Assembly (NCBI GenBank): GCA_029858565.1
Contig: JAOUEV010000011.1
Span: 1-64,000, forward strand
Reading direction: 5' to 3'
Length of the DNA stretch: 64,000 nt
Source of the DNA: Nitrospirota bacterium
GTDB lineage: Bacteria; Nitrospirota; UBA9217
Positions within the stretch are counted from its first letter, which is position 1. Every line of letters begins with the position of its first letter. Of the stretch, positions 37,915 through 47,433 are shown piece by piece. Position numbers and translations under genes: made by a program. A model generated the notes under the pieces. The model saw nothing but the letters and a program-made list of their open reading frames with translations. It did not search any database and had not been told where the DNA came from.

Positions 37915-38616
37915 ATGAAACCGGAAGGCAAAGGATACATTCTCAAGGAATACGGCTCCTGGAGCGTCCTGCTGGTAGCGTTCATCACCGGCTTGGCAGT
38001 TGCCAGGGAATTTCCCTGGCAGGCGCTGCCGGTGTTTGGATCCCTGGGTCTTTTGATCAATTCCAAGCAGGCATTCACCAAGTGGACAAGACAGCCCGCA
38101 GACCGCAAGCATCTGGTTGTTTTTTTCGGTCAGATCACTGTTGGCGCTATCATCCTGATTGCTGTATACAGCCGTGGAATACCGCAGCTTCTCCCGCTTC
38201 TGGTCTTTCCCGCTGCATACCTGCTGATGAATCGTCTGGCAGGTGAGCATTTCATCGTGACCGAGTTGCTGGGATTCGCGCTGCTGAGCCTTTCCGCGGT
38301 CCTCTCGAAATTTCTGGTCGTGGATGGTGTTGATGTGCGGCTCTTTGTCGCCGCCGCTCTCTATTTTACCGCCGGGGTTTTCAAGGTTAAAGCGGTCTTG
38401 TTAAGGAAAACGCGGGATCGTGTGTTGTCGGTGTTGTATATCTTTTTTGCAGCTTACGCCTACCGTCGTTTCCATCTTTCGCTTCTGATACTCCTTCCGC
38501 TGGCAGAAAACATCATCATGGCTGCCACGCTCTACAAGGTCAGACTTCAGACCACTGGCTGGATCGAAGTGGCAAAGAGCATTACTTTTCTTCTTCTGAT
38601 GGCCTGGCTGTTCTAG
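37915..38616 (+). CDS. YwiC-like membrane protein
   Basis: KEYGSWSVL start, multiple TM segments, GWIEV near the C-terminus. Confidence 0.7.
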   Translation: MKPEGKGYILKEYGSWSVLLVAFITGLAVAREFPWQALPVFGSLGLLINSKQAFTKWTRQPADRKHLVVFFGQITVGAIILIAVYSRGIPQLLPLLVFPAAYLLMNRLAGEHFIVTELLGFALLSLSAVLSKFLVVDGVDVRLFVAAALYFTAGVFKVKAVLLRKTRDRVLSVLYIFFAAYAYRRFHLSLLILLPLAENIIMAATLYKVRLQTTGWIEVAKSITFLLLMAWLF

Positions 38617-38987
38617 GGGGGATATGACCTTGTCGGCCTAATAGGTCAGGTTCTATTCCTTAGTAAAAGATTGACCGGTTTTATTCCAGGTATCCTACCT
38701 TCTCCCGCAGGGTGTCGCAGGTGAATATTACCCATCATTAGTCTCATCCAGACATTTATTCAGGTCTAGCACTTCCGTTATTTGCCTCGCCATGCTTTTT
38801 CTGGTTGATTTTATCTGTCGGCTATACTATTCTTAACATTGATATTTTGCAACGTAATGGCGATGTGCGACCAGTCATATAATCTGCAGAGCTTTCCAGA
38901 TATTTGTACGAAAGAAGCAAGGAGCAAAGATTCCAGCTCCTGCCGGTCCGACAGCTGGTCGTGCAGAAAAAAGGAGGAAAAGTATTC

Positions 38988-39320
38988 ATGGAGTTGGATG
39001 TGCGGATCAATGACAAGTCGACATCGATCATCATTGGTGATCCTTATCGACCTGATGTCGAAGGGATCACCCGAAGGATCTCTGAGATGGCAGCAGCGGG
39101 GGGCATCCGATTAAACGATCTTGATGTGCGCGGTCTGTTGCCGCAGATGGTTCGCGGGGTCGCCGGATGCGAAGAAGGTTGTCCCGCCAACGCCAAGGAT
39201 CTTGTTGAGAAAGGCTACGGCCCCTTCGAACTGGAGTACATTGAAGGGGGAATATTGACGGCTCAGGCGAGGACCAAGGAAGGGCTGACGCTGCTCTTGA
39301 AGCTGTTTCCCGATTTTTAA
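38988..39320 (+). CDS. Hypothetical protein with a CEEGCP motif
   Basis: GGAGG RBS; 110-aa ORF with typical composition. Confidence 0.7.
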   Translation: MELDVRINDKSTSIIIGDPYRPDVEGITRRISEMAAAGGIRLNDLDVRGLLPQMVRGVAGCEEGCPANAKDLVEKGYGPFELEYIEGGILTAQARTKEGLTLLLKLFPDF

Positions 39321-39412
39321 AAAAGCCTTCCAGCAGACGGGAATGCTTTCGTATCTGATCCGGCGATACCGGAAGATTATTGCACCAGGCTGGGAATTGG
39401 AGGAGGGCGGAG

Positions 39413-40252
39413 ATGAAGATCACATGCTGGGGCGCGCGGGGTTCCATAGCCGTTTCAGGCAGGGAATACGAGAAGTACGGCGGTGATACGACCTGTATAG
39501 AGATCAGGAGCAGCGAGAACGACATCATTATCATCGATGCCGGCACCGGGATGCGAAAGCTGGGAAACAAGCTGCTGACAGAAGAAAAACGCTCCTATAA
39601 CCTTCTTCTTACCCATGCGCACTGGGACCATCTCATGGGTTTCCCGTTCTTCAAGCCCATTTACATGAAAGGCACAAGGATCGACATGTACGGCTGTCCC
39701 TTTACGCAGGATTCGATCAAGGCGATCTTCGCCAGGTCCATGGTTGCTCCCTATTTTCCCGTGGAGTTCAACCAGATCCAGGCAGAGATTACCTCTGCGG
39801 GGATCTGCTCCGAGGGATTTCATATCGGCCCCATGCACATCGAACCGATACACCTTAGCCATCCGAACCAGGGCATCGGATATAAGTTCAGCGAGAACGG
39901 CAAGAGTTTCGTGTTCCTGACCGATAATGAACTCACGCTGAAGCACAGCGGCGGGTGCGAGTACGGCGACTATCTCCGCTTTTCGGAAGGCGCAGATCTG
40001 CTGATCCATGACGCGGAATATACCGAAGCTCAGTACAAGATGACCAAGGGGTGGGGGCATTCGGTCTATACCGATGCCCTTCGCCTTGCAATGGAATCGG
40101 GAGTGAAACAGTTCGGCCTGTTCCATCACAACCAGGAGCGGCTGGATGAGGACCTCGATCGCATGGTAGAGGACTGCAAAAGCATAGCCGCTCAGCAGGG
40201 GAAATCGCTTCAGATATTTGCTGCGCAGGCAGGTCAGGAGATGGTCCTTTAG
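39413..40252 (+). CDS. MBL-fold metallohydrolase (RNase Z / phosphodiesterase-like)
   Basis: WGARGS, YGGDTTC, DAGTG, THAHWDH, HDAEY, GWGHS, FHH. Confidence 0.9.
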   Translation: MKITCWGARGSIAVSGREYEKYGGDTTCIEIRSSENDIIIIDAGTGMRKLGNKLLTEEKRSYNLLLTHAHWDHLMGFPFFKPIYMKGTRIDMYGCPFTQDSIKAIFARSMVAPYFPVEFNQIQAEITSAGICSEGFHIGPMHIEPIHLSHPNQGIGYKFSENGKSFVFLTDNELTLKHSGGCEYGDYLRFSEGADLLIHDAEYTEAQYKMTKGWGHSVYTDALRLAMESGVKQFGLFHHNQERLDEDLDRMVEDCKSIAAQQGKSLQIFAAQAGQEMVL

Positions 40253-40386
40253 CAAACAGGTCGGAGTGAAGCGAGTGAACCTCGTCCGGCGGTCATTGTC
40301 CCGGCCGGGAGGGGTTTATCCTCGCGGATTCATGTACGCCAGTCCATTCTGTTATCCTTTTGTGCCCCGAAGCCACCGGCCAGTTG

Positions 40387-41739
40387 ATGCCTATGATCGA
40401 TCAGCAGCGAATACGAGTTTTGATCGCCGATGATGAAAAGAACCTCCGTGAGGTGTTGCAGGCGGAGCTTTCCCGTGAATCTTTTGCGGTGTCGACGGCA
40501 GATTCCGGAAAAACTGCCCTGGAGCTTCTGGCAAAGAACGAGTATGACGTGCTTGTCCTTGATCTGAATATGCCGGGGATCGACGGCCTTGCGGTTCTCA
40601 AGAGGATCTCTGAACTGGACTCCCTTGTGGAGACGGTCGTCCTGACGGCGAACGCAACGGTTGCCTCTGCCGTCGATGCCATGAAGTACGGCGCCTACGA
40701 TTATCTGCGCAAGCCGGTTGACCTGGATGAGCTTGAAACGGTCATTAAAAAGGCTTATGAGTCCAAAAAGCTTCGCAGCGAACATCTTCTGCTTAAGACC
40801 CAGCTGCAACGTCAGGCCGATGACGCAAAACTCGTGTTTACCAGCCCGGTCATGCGCGCGCTTCTTGACACGGTGGGGAAAATGGCCGGGACCGAGTATT
40901 CGATCCTCATCACGGGCGAGAGCGGCACAGGCAAGGAATTGATCGCCCGCTCGCTCCATCAGCGGTCGAGCCGGGCCGACGGCCCGTTCGTGGCGATCAA
41001 TTGCGGGGCAATCCCCGAAGGCATGATCGAGAGCGAGCTGTTTGGCTATGAGAAGGGCGCCTTCACCGGAGCGTATGGAAGGAAGCTGGGAATACTCGAG
41101 CTCGCTCAGGGAGGTACGCTGTTCCTCGATGAGATTGGCGATATGCCCCTGCAGCTGCAGGTAAAGCTGCTTCGTGTCATCGAGACGTCCAGGTATTATC
41201 GTCTTGGCGGCACGCGTGAGCTGACCTCCAATGTCAGATATCTTTCGGCCACGAACAAGGACTTGAAGCAGGAAAGCATGCGCGGCACATTCCGGCAGGA
41301 CCTGTACTACCGCATTACCGGACTGACGATCGCTGTGCCGCCGCTTCGCGACCGTGTTGAGGATATTTCCCTGCTGGTCGAGCATTTTCGCATGGCGGAG
41401 CTCGTGTTCCGTCAGAAACGGTTCAGCCGCGAGGCGCTCTCCGTGCTCGAACGCTACGGGTGGCCGGGAAATGTGCGGGAACTGCAGAACGTGGTCCAGA
41501 GGGCGTTACTGCTTTCCCGGAGCGATGTTGTCATGCCTTCCGACCTGCCGCCGGACCTTGAAGGGGCCGGTCCTGTAATTCCAACGGGGAAAACGAGAAA
41601 GCTCGAAGAGGTCGAACGCGAGCATATTCTACGGGTTCTCGCGGAGACCGGCGGCCGCAGAGAGCAGGCCGCGGCGATCCTCGGGATACACGCGCGAACG
41701 CTTCGTCGCAAGCTTGCCGAGTACGGCATAACTGCATGA
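40387..41739 (+). CDS. Sigma54-dependent response regulator (NtrC family)
   Basis: Receiver domain, GESGTGKE, ESELFG.EKGAFTGA, WPGNVREL, Fis-type HTH. Confidence 0.95.
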   Translation: MPMIDQQRIRVLIADDEKNLREVLQAELSRESFAVSTADSGKTALELLAKNEYDVLVLDLNMPGIDGLAVLKRISELDSLVETVVLTANATVASAVDAMKYGAYDYLRKPVDLDELETVIKKAYESKKLRSEHLLLKTQLQRQADDAKLVFTSPVMRALLDTVGKMAGTEYSILITGESGTGKELIARSLHQRSSRADGPFVAINCGAIPEGMIESELFGYEKGAFTGAYGRKLGILELAQGGTLFLDEIGDMPLQLQVKLLRVIETSRYYRLGGTRELTSNVRYLSATNKDLKQESMRGTFRQDLYYRITGLTIAVPPLRDRVEDISLLVEHFRMAELVFRQKRFSREALSVLERYGWPGNVRELQNVVQRALLLSRSDVVMPSDLPPDLEGAGPVIPTGKTRKLEEVEREHILRVLAETGGRREQAAAILGIHARTLRRKLAEYGITA

Positions 41740-41807
41740 CCGTTCCCGGTTCCTTGCAGAATGAACGCATTGAGAACCTTCTGCCGCAAAACGGATATTC
41801 CTGATCA

Positions 41808-44800
41808 ATGACCCTACTGCAAACGATAGATAAAACGCGCCCGCTGGTCTGGTTCCTGGTCGCGCTGGTCCTGTTCCTGTCGGCCGGTACCGGCATGTTC
41901 GTGGTCCAGCAGCGGACCCATTTGCTCGGGGAGGCCGAGGATTACGCAGACCGCGAACTGAACCTGCTCGGAGCGATCATTGCCCAGGACCTGATCAAAC
42001 ACAACTTCATCGGAGTTCGCAAATACCTTGCCGCTTTTGTGAAGCAATATCCTGATGTCTATTCGATCAAGGTTACCGCGCCGAATGGTTTTGTCCTGAC
42101 CGAACAGAGCCGTACCGGATTTCCCGAAAAATCCTTTACCCGTTCCTACTGTGTTGATATCGAACCGCCAACTGACAAATGCGCGGATATCGAACTCGTC
42201 CATGATCTCGATCCGATCCAGCGCCATATCTCTAGAATGACGAAACAGGCGATAGTGGCCATGGTATTCTTCGCTGGTTTCATGGGAGCGATCCTCTGGA
42301 CCGTGCTCCGAAGGACGGCCTTTCTACCCCTTGAGCAGGCCCTTGCAGACCTGAATACCACAAAGGAGAACCTGGAACTCCGCGTAGCCCAGCGCACCGC
42401 TGACTGGATGATGGCGAATAAGGAGCTTAAGCAGGAGATCCTGGAGCGGGAAACTGTGGAGAAACAGGTTCTGGAATCGGAGGCGAAATTCAAGAGTTTT
42501 GCAGAACAGGCGATCGTCGGTATTTATCTGATCCAGGACGGAAAATTCAAGTACTGCAACCCGCGCTTTGCTGAAATGTTCGGCTATGAGCAGCCCTCAG
42601 AGCTTATGGACGCGGATTTCCTTCACCTCGTTCATCCTGATGATATTACGCTCGTTGCCGAACGGATGGCGAAGAGACTGAATAACGAGATCCCATCAAC
42701 CCATTATCACTTTCGCGGCATTCGGAAGACCGGCGAGGTCATTCACCTTGAGGTGTTCGGCTCCACCATGGATTACGCCGGAAAGCGGTCGGCTATCGGA
42801 ACGATCCTGGATGTCTCCGAGCGTGTTCTTGCCGACGAAGCGCTGCAGGCAAGTGAGTCAAAGTACCGCCAGGTCCTGGATAACATCAATGAGATCATCT
42901 ATATGGTCTCACTGCGGGAAGATGCACTCCTGGGAGATGTCGTGTTCGTGGGAGGCCAGGTCTCCTCCATTGTCGGCATTCCTGCCGAAGCCTTCCTTGG
43001 GGATCCCCGACTCTGGATCAGCCTGGTACATTCCGAGGACATGGAAGGTCTTCGGGATTCAACGAAGCGCATGATCAGGGACCGGGTGAAGGTCACCAGG
43101 AACTACCGTATCCTGAACAGTGTGACGGGACAGCATGTGTGGCTGGAAGACAAGGTCACCCCGCAGTTTGATGCCGCGGGAAGGGTTATCGGGTGTTTTG
43201 GCGTCGCGCGGGATGTAACGAAGCGAAGAAAGATCGAGGATGAACTGCTTTGGACAAGCGATACTCAGGCAGTGATCAACAGGCTGTTGAACCTTTCCAT
43301 GGAGGATCAGCCTCTTGATGAGGTGCTGCGCAGGACGCTGGAGATCATTCTGTCCAGTTCCCGTTATGCCCACCATTCCATGGGGGCGATCCTGCTGATG
43401 GATGGTGATGACGACAAGCTTCGCATGCGGGTCCAGCATGGGCTTCCCCCGGAGATCCTATCCGCCTGCGCAGTTCTGCCGGTCGGCACCTGCCTGTGCG
43501 GACGGGCAGCAGCGACCCGTGAGGTCCAGTTCTCCGCGTCGGTGGACGACAACCATGAGACTCGTTACCCCGGGATCATACCTCACGGCCACTACTGTGT
43601 GCCGATCCTGCTGGCCAACCGGACCCTTGGCGTCCTTTCCGTGCATCTTGACGCAGGGCATCATCGCGATATGCGGGAAGAGGAGTTCCTCGTGGCGGTA
43701 GCCCAGGCTCTCGGTGGCATCATAGAGCGCAAGAGGATGGAAGAGGAACGGGAACGGATGATCAGCGATCTGCGAACGCTCCTGGATACCATCTCCGCGT
43801 CCCGCCGTGATTGGCAGGAAACTTTTGACAGCATCAAGGACATGATATCGATCCATGACAGCGATTTCACGATCATCCGTGCGAACAAAGCGTTCGCGCA
43901 GAACTTCGGCATGGAGCCGCGTGACGTCGTCGACAAGAAGTGCTATGAATTGTTCCACCACGGGCGCTCACCGATACTTCGCTGCCCTCATCAGCGGGCG
44001 CTGGACACAAAGGAGCCTGTCACCGAGGAGGTCCATGACCCCGCATCCGGTCGCATATACCTGATGTCCACTTTCCCCTATGCATCGCCGGAATCGAATA
44101 TCCGGGGATCCATTCATATCGCCCGGGACATCACCGAAATGAAGGAAAAAGAAATGCGGCTGATCATGAGCGAACGCCTTGCTTCTCTCGGACAGATGGC
44201 CTCGGGGGTCGCTCATGAGATCAACAACCCCCTGGCTGCCATAGCCGGGTGTGTTGACGGTCTGAGCAGACGGATCAATCGAGGCGAATATGATCCCGAG
44301 CTCTTTCTGAAGTATCTGGGGATCATCAAGGACGAGATCAACCGGAGCAAGAACATTACCACCAGCATGCTGTCCGTGGTGCGCAAGAGCTCCTATGAGA
44401 AGAAACAGGTCAACATCATTGATGCGTTCGAAAAAGCCCTGGAGATCATCGGGTTCCAGGGACGCCTGAAAAATGTCGAGGTAAGGCGGACCTACAGTGC
44501 AGACCTGCCTCAGGTCTATGGAAGCGAAGGCGAACTGAAGCAGGTGTTCCTGATACTCCTGACGAACGCCCTTGATGCCATGGACGACAAGGGGATCCTT
44601 TCCGTGAACACTGCGTTCCACGAACGGATCCTTTTCGTTGATATCTCCGACACCGGACCAGGGATCGCGCCGGATCTGCGCACCCGTATATTTGATCCCT
44701 TTTTTACCACCAAATCCGAGCGTGGCGGCACCGGACTTGGACTTCCCATCGCGAGCCGTATCATTGAGGCTCATAGCGGATCTATTGAGATCCTTACCGA

Positions 44801-44846
44801 TGCCCGACCGGGTACAACGGTCCGCGTCTCTCTCCCGCTCACCTGA
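41808..44846 (+). CDS. Membrane sensor histidine kinase (PAS-PAS-GAF-PAS)
   Basis: 2 TM segments, PAS repeats, GAF (CLCGRAA), AHEINNPL, NALDAM, DTGPGI, FFTTK, GTGLGL. Confidence 0.93.
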   Translation: MTLLQTIDKTRPLVWFLVALVLFLSAGTGMFVVQQRTHLLGEAEDYADRELNLLGAIIAQDLIKHNFIGVRKYLAAFVKQYPDVYSIKVTAPNGFVLTEQSRTGFPEKSFTRSYCVDIEPPTDKCADIELVHDLDPIQRHISRMTKQAIVAMVFFAGFMGAILWTVLRRTAFLPLEQALADLNTTKENLELRVAQRTADWMMANKELKQEILERETVEKQVLESEAKFKSFAEQAIVGIYLIQDGKFKYCNPRFAEMFGYEQPSELMDADFLHLVHPDDITLVAERMAKRLNNEIPSTHYHFRGIRKTGEVIHLEVFGSTMDYAGKRSAIGTILDVSERVLADEALQASESKYRQVLDNINEIIYMVSLREDALLGDVVFVGGQVSSIVGIPAEAFLGDPRLWISLVHSEDMEGLRDSTKRMIRDRVKVTRNYRILNSVTGQHVWLEDKVTPQFDAAGRVIGCFGVARDVTKRRKIEDELLWTSDTQAVINRLLNLSMEDQPLDEVLRRTLEIILSSSRYAHHSMGAILLMDGDDDKLRMRVQHGLPPEILSACAVLPVGTCLCGRAAATREVQFSASVDDNHETRYPGIIPHGHYCVPILLANRTLGVLSVHLDAGHHRDMREEEFLVAVAQALGGIIERKRMEEERERMISDLRTLLDTISASRRDWQETFDSIKDMISIHDSDFTIIRANKAFAQNFGMEPRDVVDKKCYELFHHGRSPILRCPHQRALDTKEPVTEEVHDPASGRIYLMSTFPYASPESNIRGSIHIARDITEMKEKEMRLIMSERLASLGQMASGVAHEINNPLAAIAGCVDGLSRRINRGEYDPELFLKYLGIIKDEINRSKNITTSMLSVVRKSSYEKKQVNIIDAFEKALEIIGFQGRLKNVEVRRTYSADLPQVYGSEGELKQVFLILLTNALDAMDDKGILSVNTAFHERILFVDISDTGPGIAPDLRTRIFDPFFTTKSERGGTGLGLPIASRIIEAHSGSIEILTDARPGTTVRVSLPLT

Positions 44847-45119
44847 CACCTACGCTTCCTGTTAATCCAACGCATGAACCTGCCGCTTTCATAATTTCAT
44901 GACGCCTGATGCAGGGTGAACCCTAGCGACCATGCCCGGTCCTTGTCCTATCCATACGGTCCGGCAGGAAACATTATTCTCTTCAGGTACGATAAAAACG
45001 TGCAGGGTTATTACTTCAACAGTCGTCGTCTTCTCTGCGCTGTCAGCGATGACCGACCTCCCATCTCTTTTGTTTTCCGAGATATACGGAATGTAATCAG
45101 TTCAAATAGATAATTACAT

Positions 45120-45155
45120 GGGGACAAAATGTCCTGAATGGAACTTTTTGTCCCC
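45120..45155. promoter_or_regulatory. Putative enhancer (UAS) for a sigma54 activator
   Basis: GGACA-AAA-TGTCC palindrome plus a second degenerate site, together forming GGGGACAAAA...TTTTGTCCCC; an AT-rich tract separates it from the promoter. Confidence 0.6.
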
Positions 45156-45207
45156 TAAAATAAGAGCCATTGAAAAAATAAATACATAAAAACAATAAGA
45201 TAGATAA

Positions 45208-45223
45208 TGGCAATAATATTGCT
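45208..45223 (+). promoter_or_regulatory. Sigma54 (-24/-12) promoter
   Basis: TGGCAATAATATTGCT, an exact GG-N10-GC spacing, 74 bp before the first two-CW gene. Confidence 0.8.
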
Positions 45224-45296
45224 TAATTGTGCAGAGTAAATATGTACGCAGCTGACCGGTTCATTTAGAACGAACATCCTAGGGGGAGGAATTTGT

Positions 45297-45659
45297 ATGA
45301 AAAAGAATTGCTGGGAGCATAAGAAATGCGGCAGGCAGCCGGGAGGACACAAGACGCAGGAACTGGGTGTATGCCCTGTGACGACCCATCAGGCCCTTAC
45401 CGGCGTGCACGGCGGCAGCCATGCCGGGCGCGCGTGCTGGGTCGTGGCCGGTTCTCTGTGCGGCGGCAAGATCCAGGGTGCCTATGCCCAGAAACTGAAT
45501 AACTGCTGGCGGTGCGATTTTATGATCGCGGTCAAGCAGGAAGAGGATAGTGCGCCATTCGGTTTTTCGGCAACCCGTCTTGGAATGGAAAAGACACTGT
45601 CAAAGTCCATCAACGGCAGCAGGGCTGAATCCCAGGCGGAAGAAGTTTCAGGGCATTGA
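45297..45659 (+). CDS. Cys-rich 'two-CW' domain protein
   Basis: NCWE.KKCGR...VCP...AGRACW.V.G.LC...C..CDF; GGAGG RBS. Confidence 0.85.
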   Translation: MKKNCWEHKKCGRQPGGHKTQELGVCPVTTHQALTGVHGGSHAGRACWVVAGSLCGGKIQGAYAQKLNNCWRCDFMIAVKQEEDSAPFGFSATRLGMEKTLSKSINGSRAESQAEEVSGH

Positions 45660-45740
45660 TGTATTCCTGAAAAAAGCTCAGACAGCCGGAAAGACCCACG
45701 ATAAGAGAAGCATCGTTATTGTTTATCAGGGGAGGGAACG

Positions 45741-46124
45741 ATGAATCTGCGTAAAATGAACTGTTGGGAGTATAAGAAATGCGGAAGGCAGCCCCAGGGT
45801 AACCATGTGTCTGACCGGGGAGTCTGTCCTGCGGCGCTGGAGGAATCTCTGGACGGGACCCACGACGGCACAAATGCAGGCCGGTCCTGCTGGATCGTCT
45901 GCGGTACCCTGTGCCAGGGTCAGGTGCAGGGCACCTTTGCGCAAAAGTTCAAGAGCTGTGAACAGTGCGATTTCTATCTGCTCGTCAAGAGCGAGGAGCG
46001 TGCAACGTTTACCTTGTCGGTTGTGTTGCTGAACAGGATGCGGAAGGGGAGAACCGAGGCCATCGTCTGCGGGGCACAGACGAAACAGCCGTCAACGATA
46101 GGCACCTCATGGACACAGCCCTAA
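45741..46124 (+). CDS. Cys-rich 'two-CW' domain protein (paralog)
   Basis: Same seven-Cys pattern as the upstream gene. Confidence 0.85.
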   Translation: MNLRKMNCWEYKKCGRQPQGNHVSDRGVCPAALEESLDGTHDGTNAGRSCWIVCGTLCQGQVQGTFAQKFKSCEQCDFYLLVKSEERATFTLSVVLLNRMRKGRTEAIVCGAQTKQPSTIGTSWTQP

Positions 46125-47212
46125 ACATACTGCTGGTCGATGATGAGGAAAGGATACTCGAGTTCTTCCAGGACATGCTCCGCGACATGGGTTATGCCGT
46201 CACCGCGGTAACCTCTGCCTCTCTGGCCCTTGAGGCAGTTGTAAGGGAAAAATTCGATCTGGCGTTCCTTGATCAGTTCCTCGGACCCCTGCGGGGGCTC
46301 GAGCTCATGGACCGGATCCGCGAGAAGGACCCGAACATCTACTTTGTCATGGTAACTGCCAATGGCAGCCCCGAACTTGCTGTCGAAGCGCTCCAGCGGG
46401 GCGCCTCGGACTTCGTGGTCAAACCGTTCTTCGAAAGCGATATCATACGAAGCATAGATTATGTGAGGAAAAAGCGCGATCTGGACGGGCAGCAGCGAAT
46501 GATCATGGCTGAGCTCGAACAGCGTGTGCGTGAGAAGACCGAAGAACTGATCCACGTGAACTTCTCCGTTCTCACAAGCCTTGCGCGGGCCGTGGAAAAA
46601 AAGGACCTGGGCACCTACGGGCACAGCATGAGGGTCAGCAGGTACGCGGGGCAGATCGCCGAGGAACTTCAGCTGTCTGCCGCGATGCGCAATGACCTGG
46701 GGACCGCCGCGTTGTTGCACGATATCGGAAAGATAGGGATCAGCGATACGATCCTGGGAAAACCGGGTCCGCTCACTGAGATTGAAATGGCCGAAGTTCG
46801 GCGCCATCCCGAGAACGGGGTCGAGATACTGAGACCCATGAAGCACTATCAGTCAGTGCTTCCGGCAATACAGTACCATCATGAGCATTTTAACGGGCGC
46901 GGTTACCCACACGGACTTGCCGGCGAAGAGATACCGCTGCTGGCGCGCATCATTGCCGTTGCCGACACCTATGACGCGATCCTCTCTGATCGTCCTTATC
47001 GGTCTGCGGCGAACCACGATCAAGCAATGAGCGTTCTGAAAGAACATGCGGGAACCCAGTTCGACCCTTTGGTCGTGCAGGCGATGGAAAGAGCCATATC
47101 GATCAGCAGCTTCGAAAGAGAAAGACCCCTGACAGTAATGCCGCAGGTAAACAGTTATCCCTGTTCAGTTGATAGCACCACAGGTCAGGCTCGTTATCGG
47201 ATCATCACTTGA
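46109..47212 (+). CDS. Response regulator with an HD-GYP phosphodiesterase domain
   Basis: Receiver domain, GHS.RV, LHDIGKIG, HHEHFNGRGYP, VADTYDA. Confidence 0.93.
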   Translation: MDTALNILLVDDEERILEFFQDMLRDMGYAVTAVTSASLALEAVVREKFDLAFLDQFLGPLRGLELMDRIREKDPNIYFVMVTANGSPELAVEALQRGASDFVVKPFFESDIIRSIDYVRKKRDLDGQQRMIMAELEQRVREKTEELIHVNFSVLTSLARAVEKKDLGTYGHSMRVSRYAGQIAEELQLSAAMRNDLGTAALLHDIGKIGISDTILGKPGPLTEIEMAEVRRHPENGVEILRPMKHYQSVLPAIQYHHEHFNGRGYPHGLAGEEIPLLARIIAVADTYDAILSDRPYRSAANHDQAMSVLKEHAGTQFDPLVVQAMERAISISSFERERPLTVMPQVNSYPCSVDSTTGQARYRIIT

Positions 47213-47433
47213 TTAAGGAGCAGCGTACTGCAGGCAGATCTTTCAATGAGAAGGAAAGTAGCGCTATCCTGTGCGAAAACGAAATTATTGTGATCGATCT
47301 GCTATAAACTGTCATCACCAATAAATACCCCGACGAAAGAATTGACATCATCATAGGATGCGTTTAAAAATAACAAATATGTTGGTATGTGCTAATAAAT
47401 ATAGTTATCTTTGGTTTGAAGTGGAGGTATTGC

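Noticed and set aside
38839-38852. FNR/CRP box (TTGATATTTTGCAA)
   Set aside because: Only one half-site matches and there is no supporting promoter geometry.
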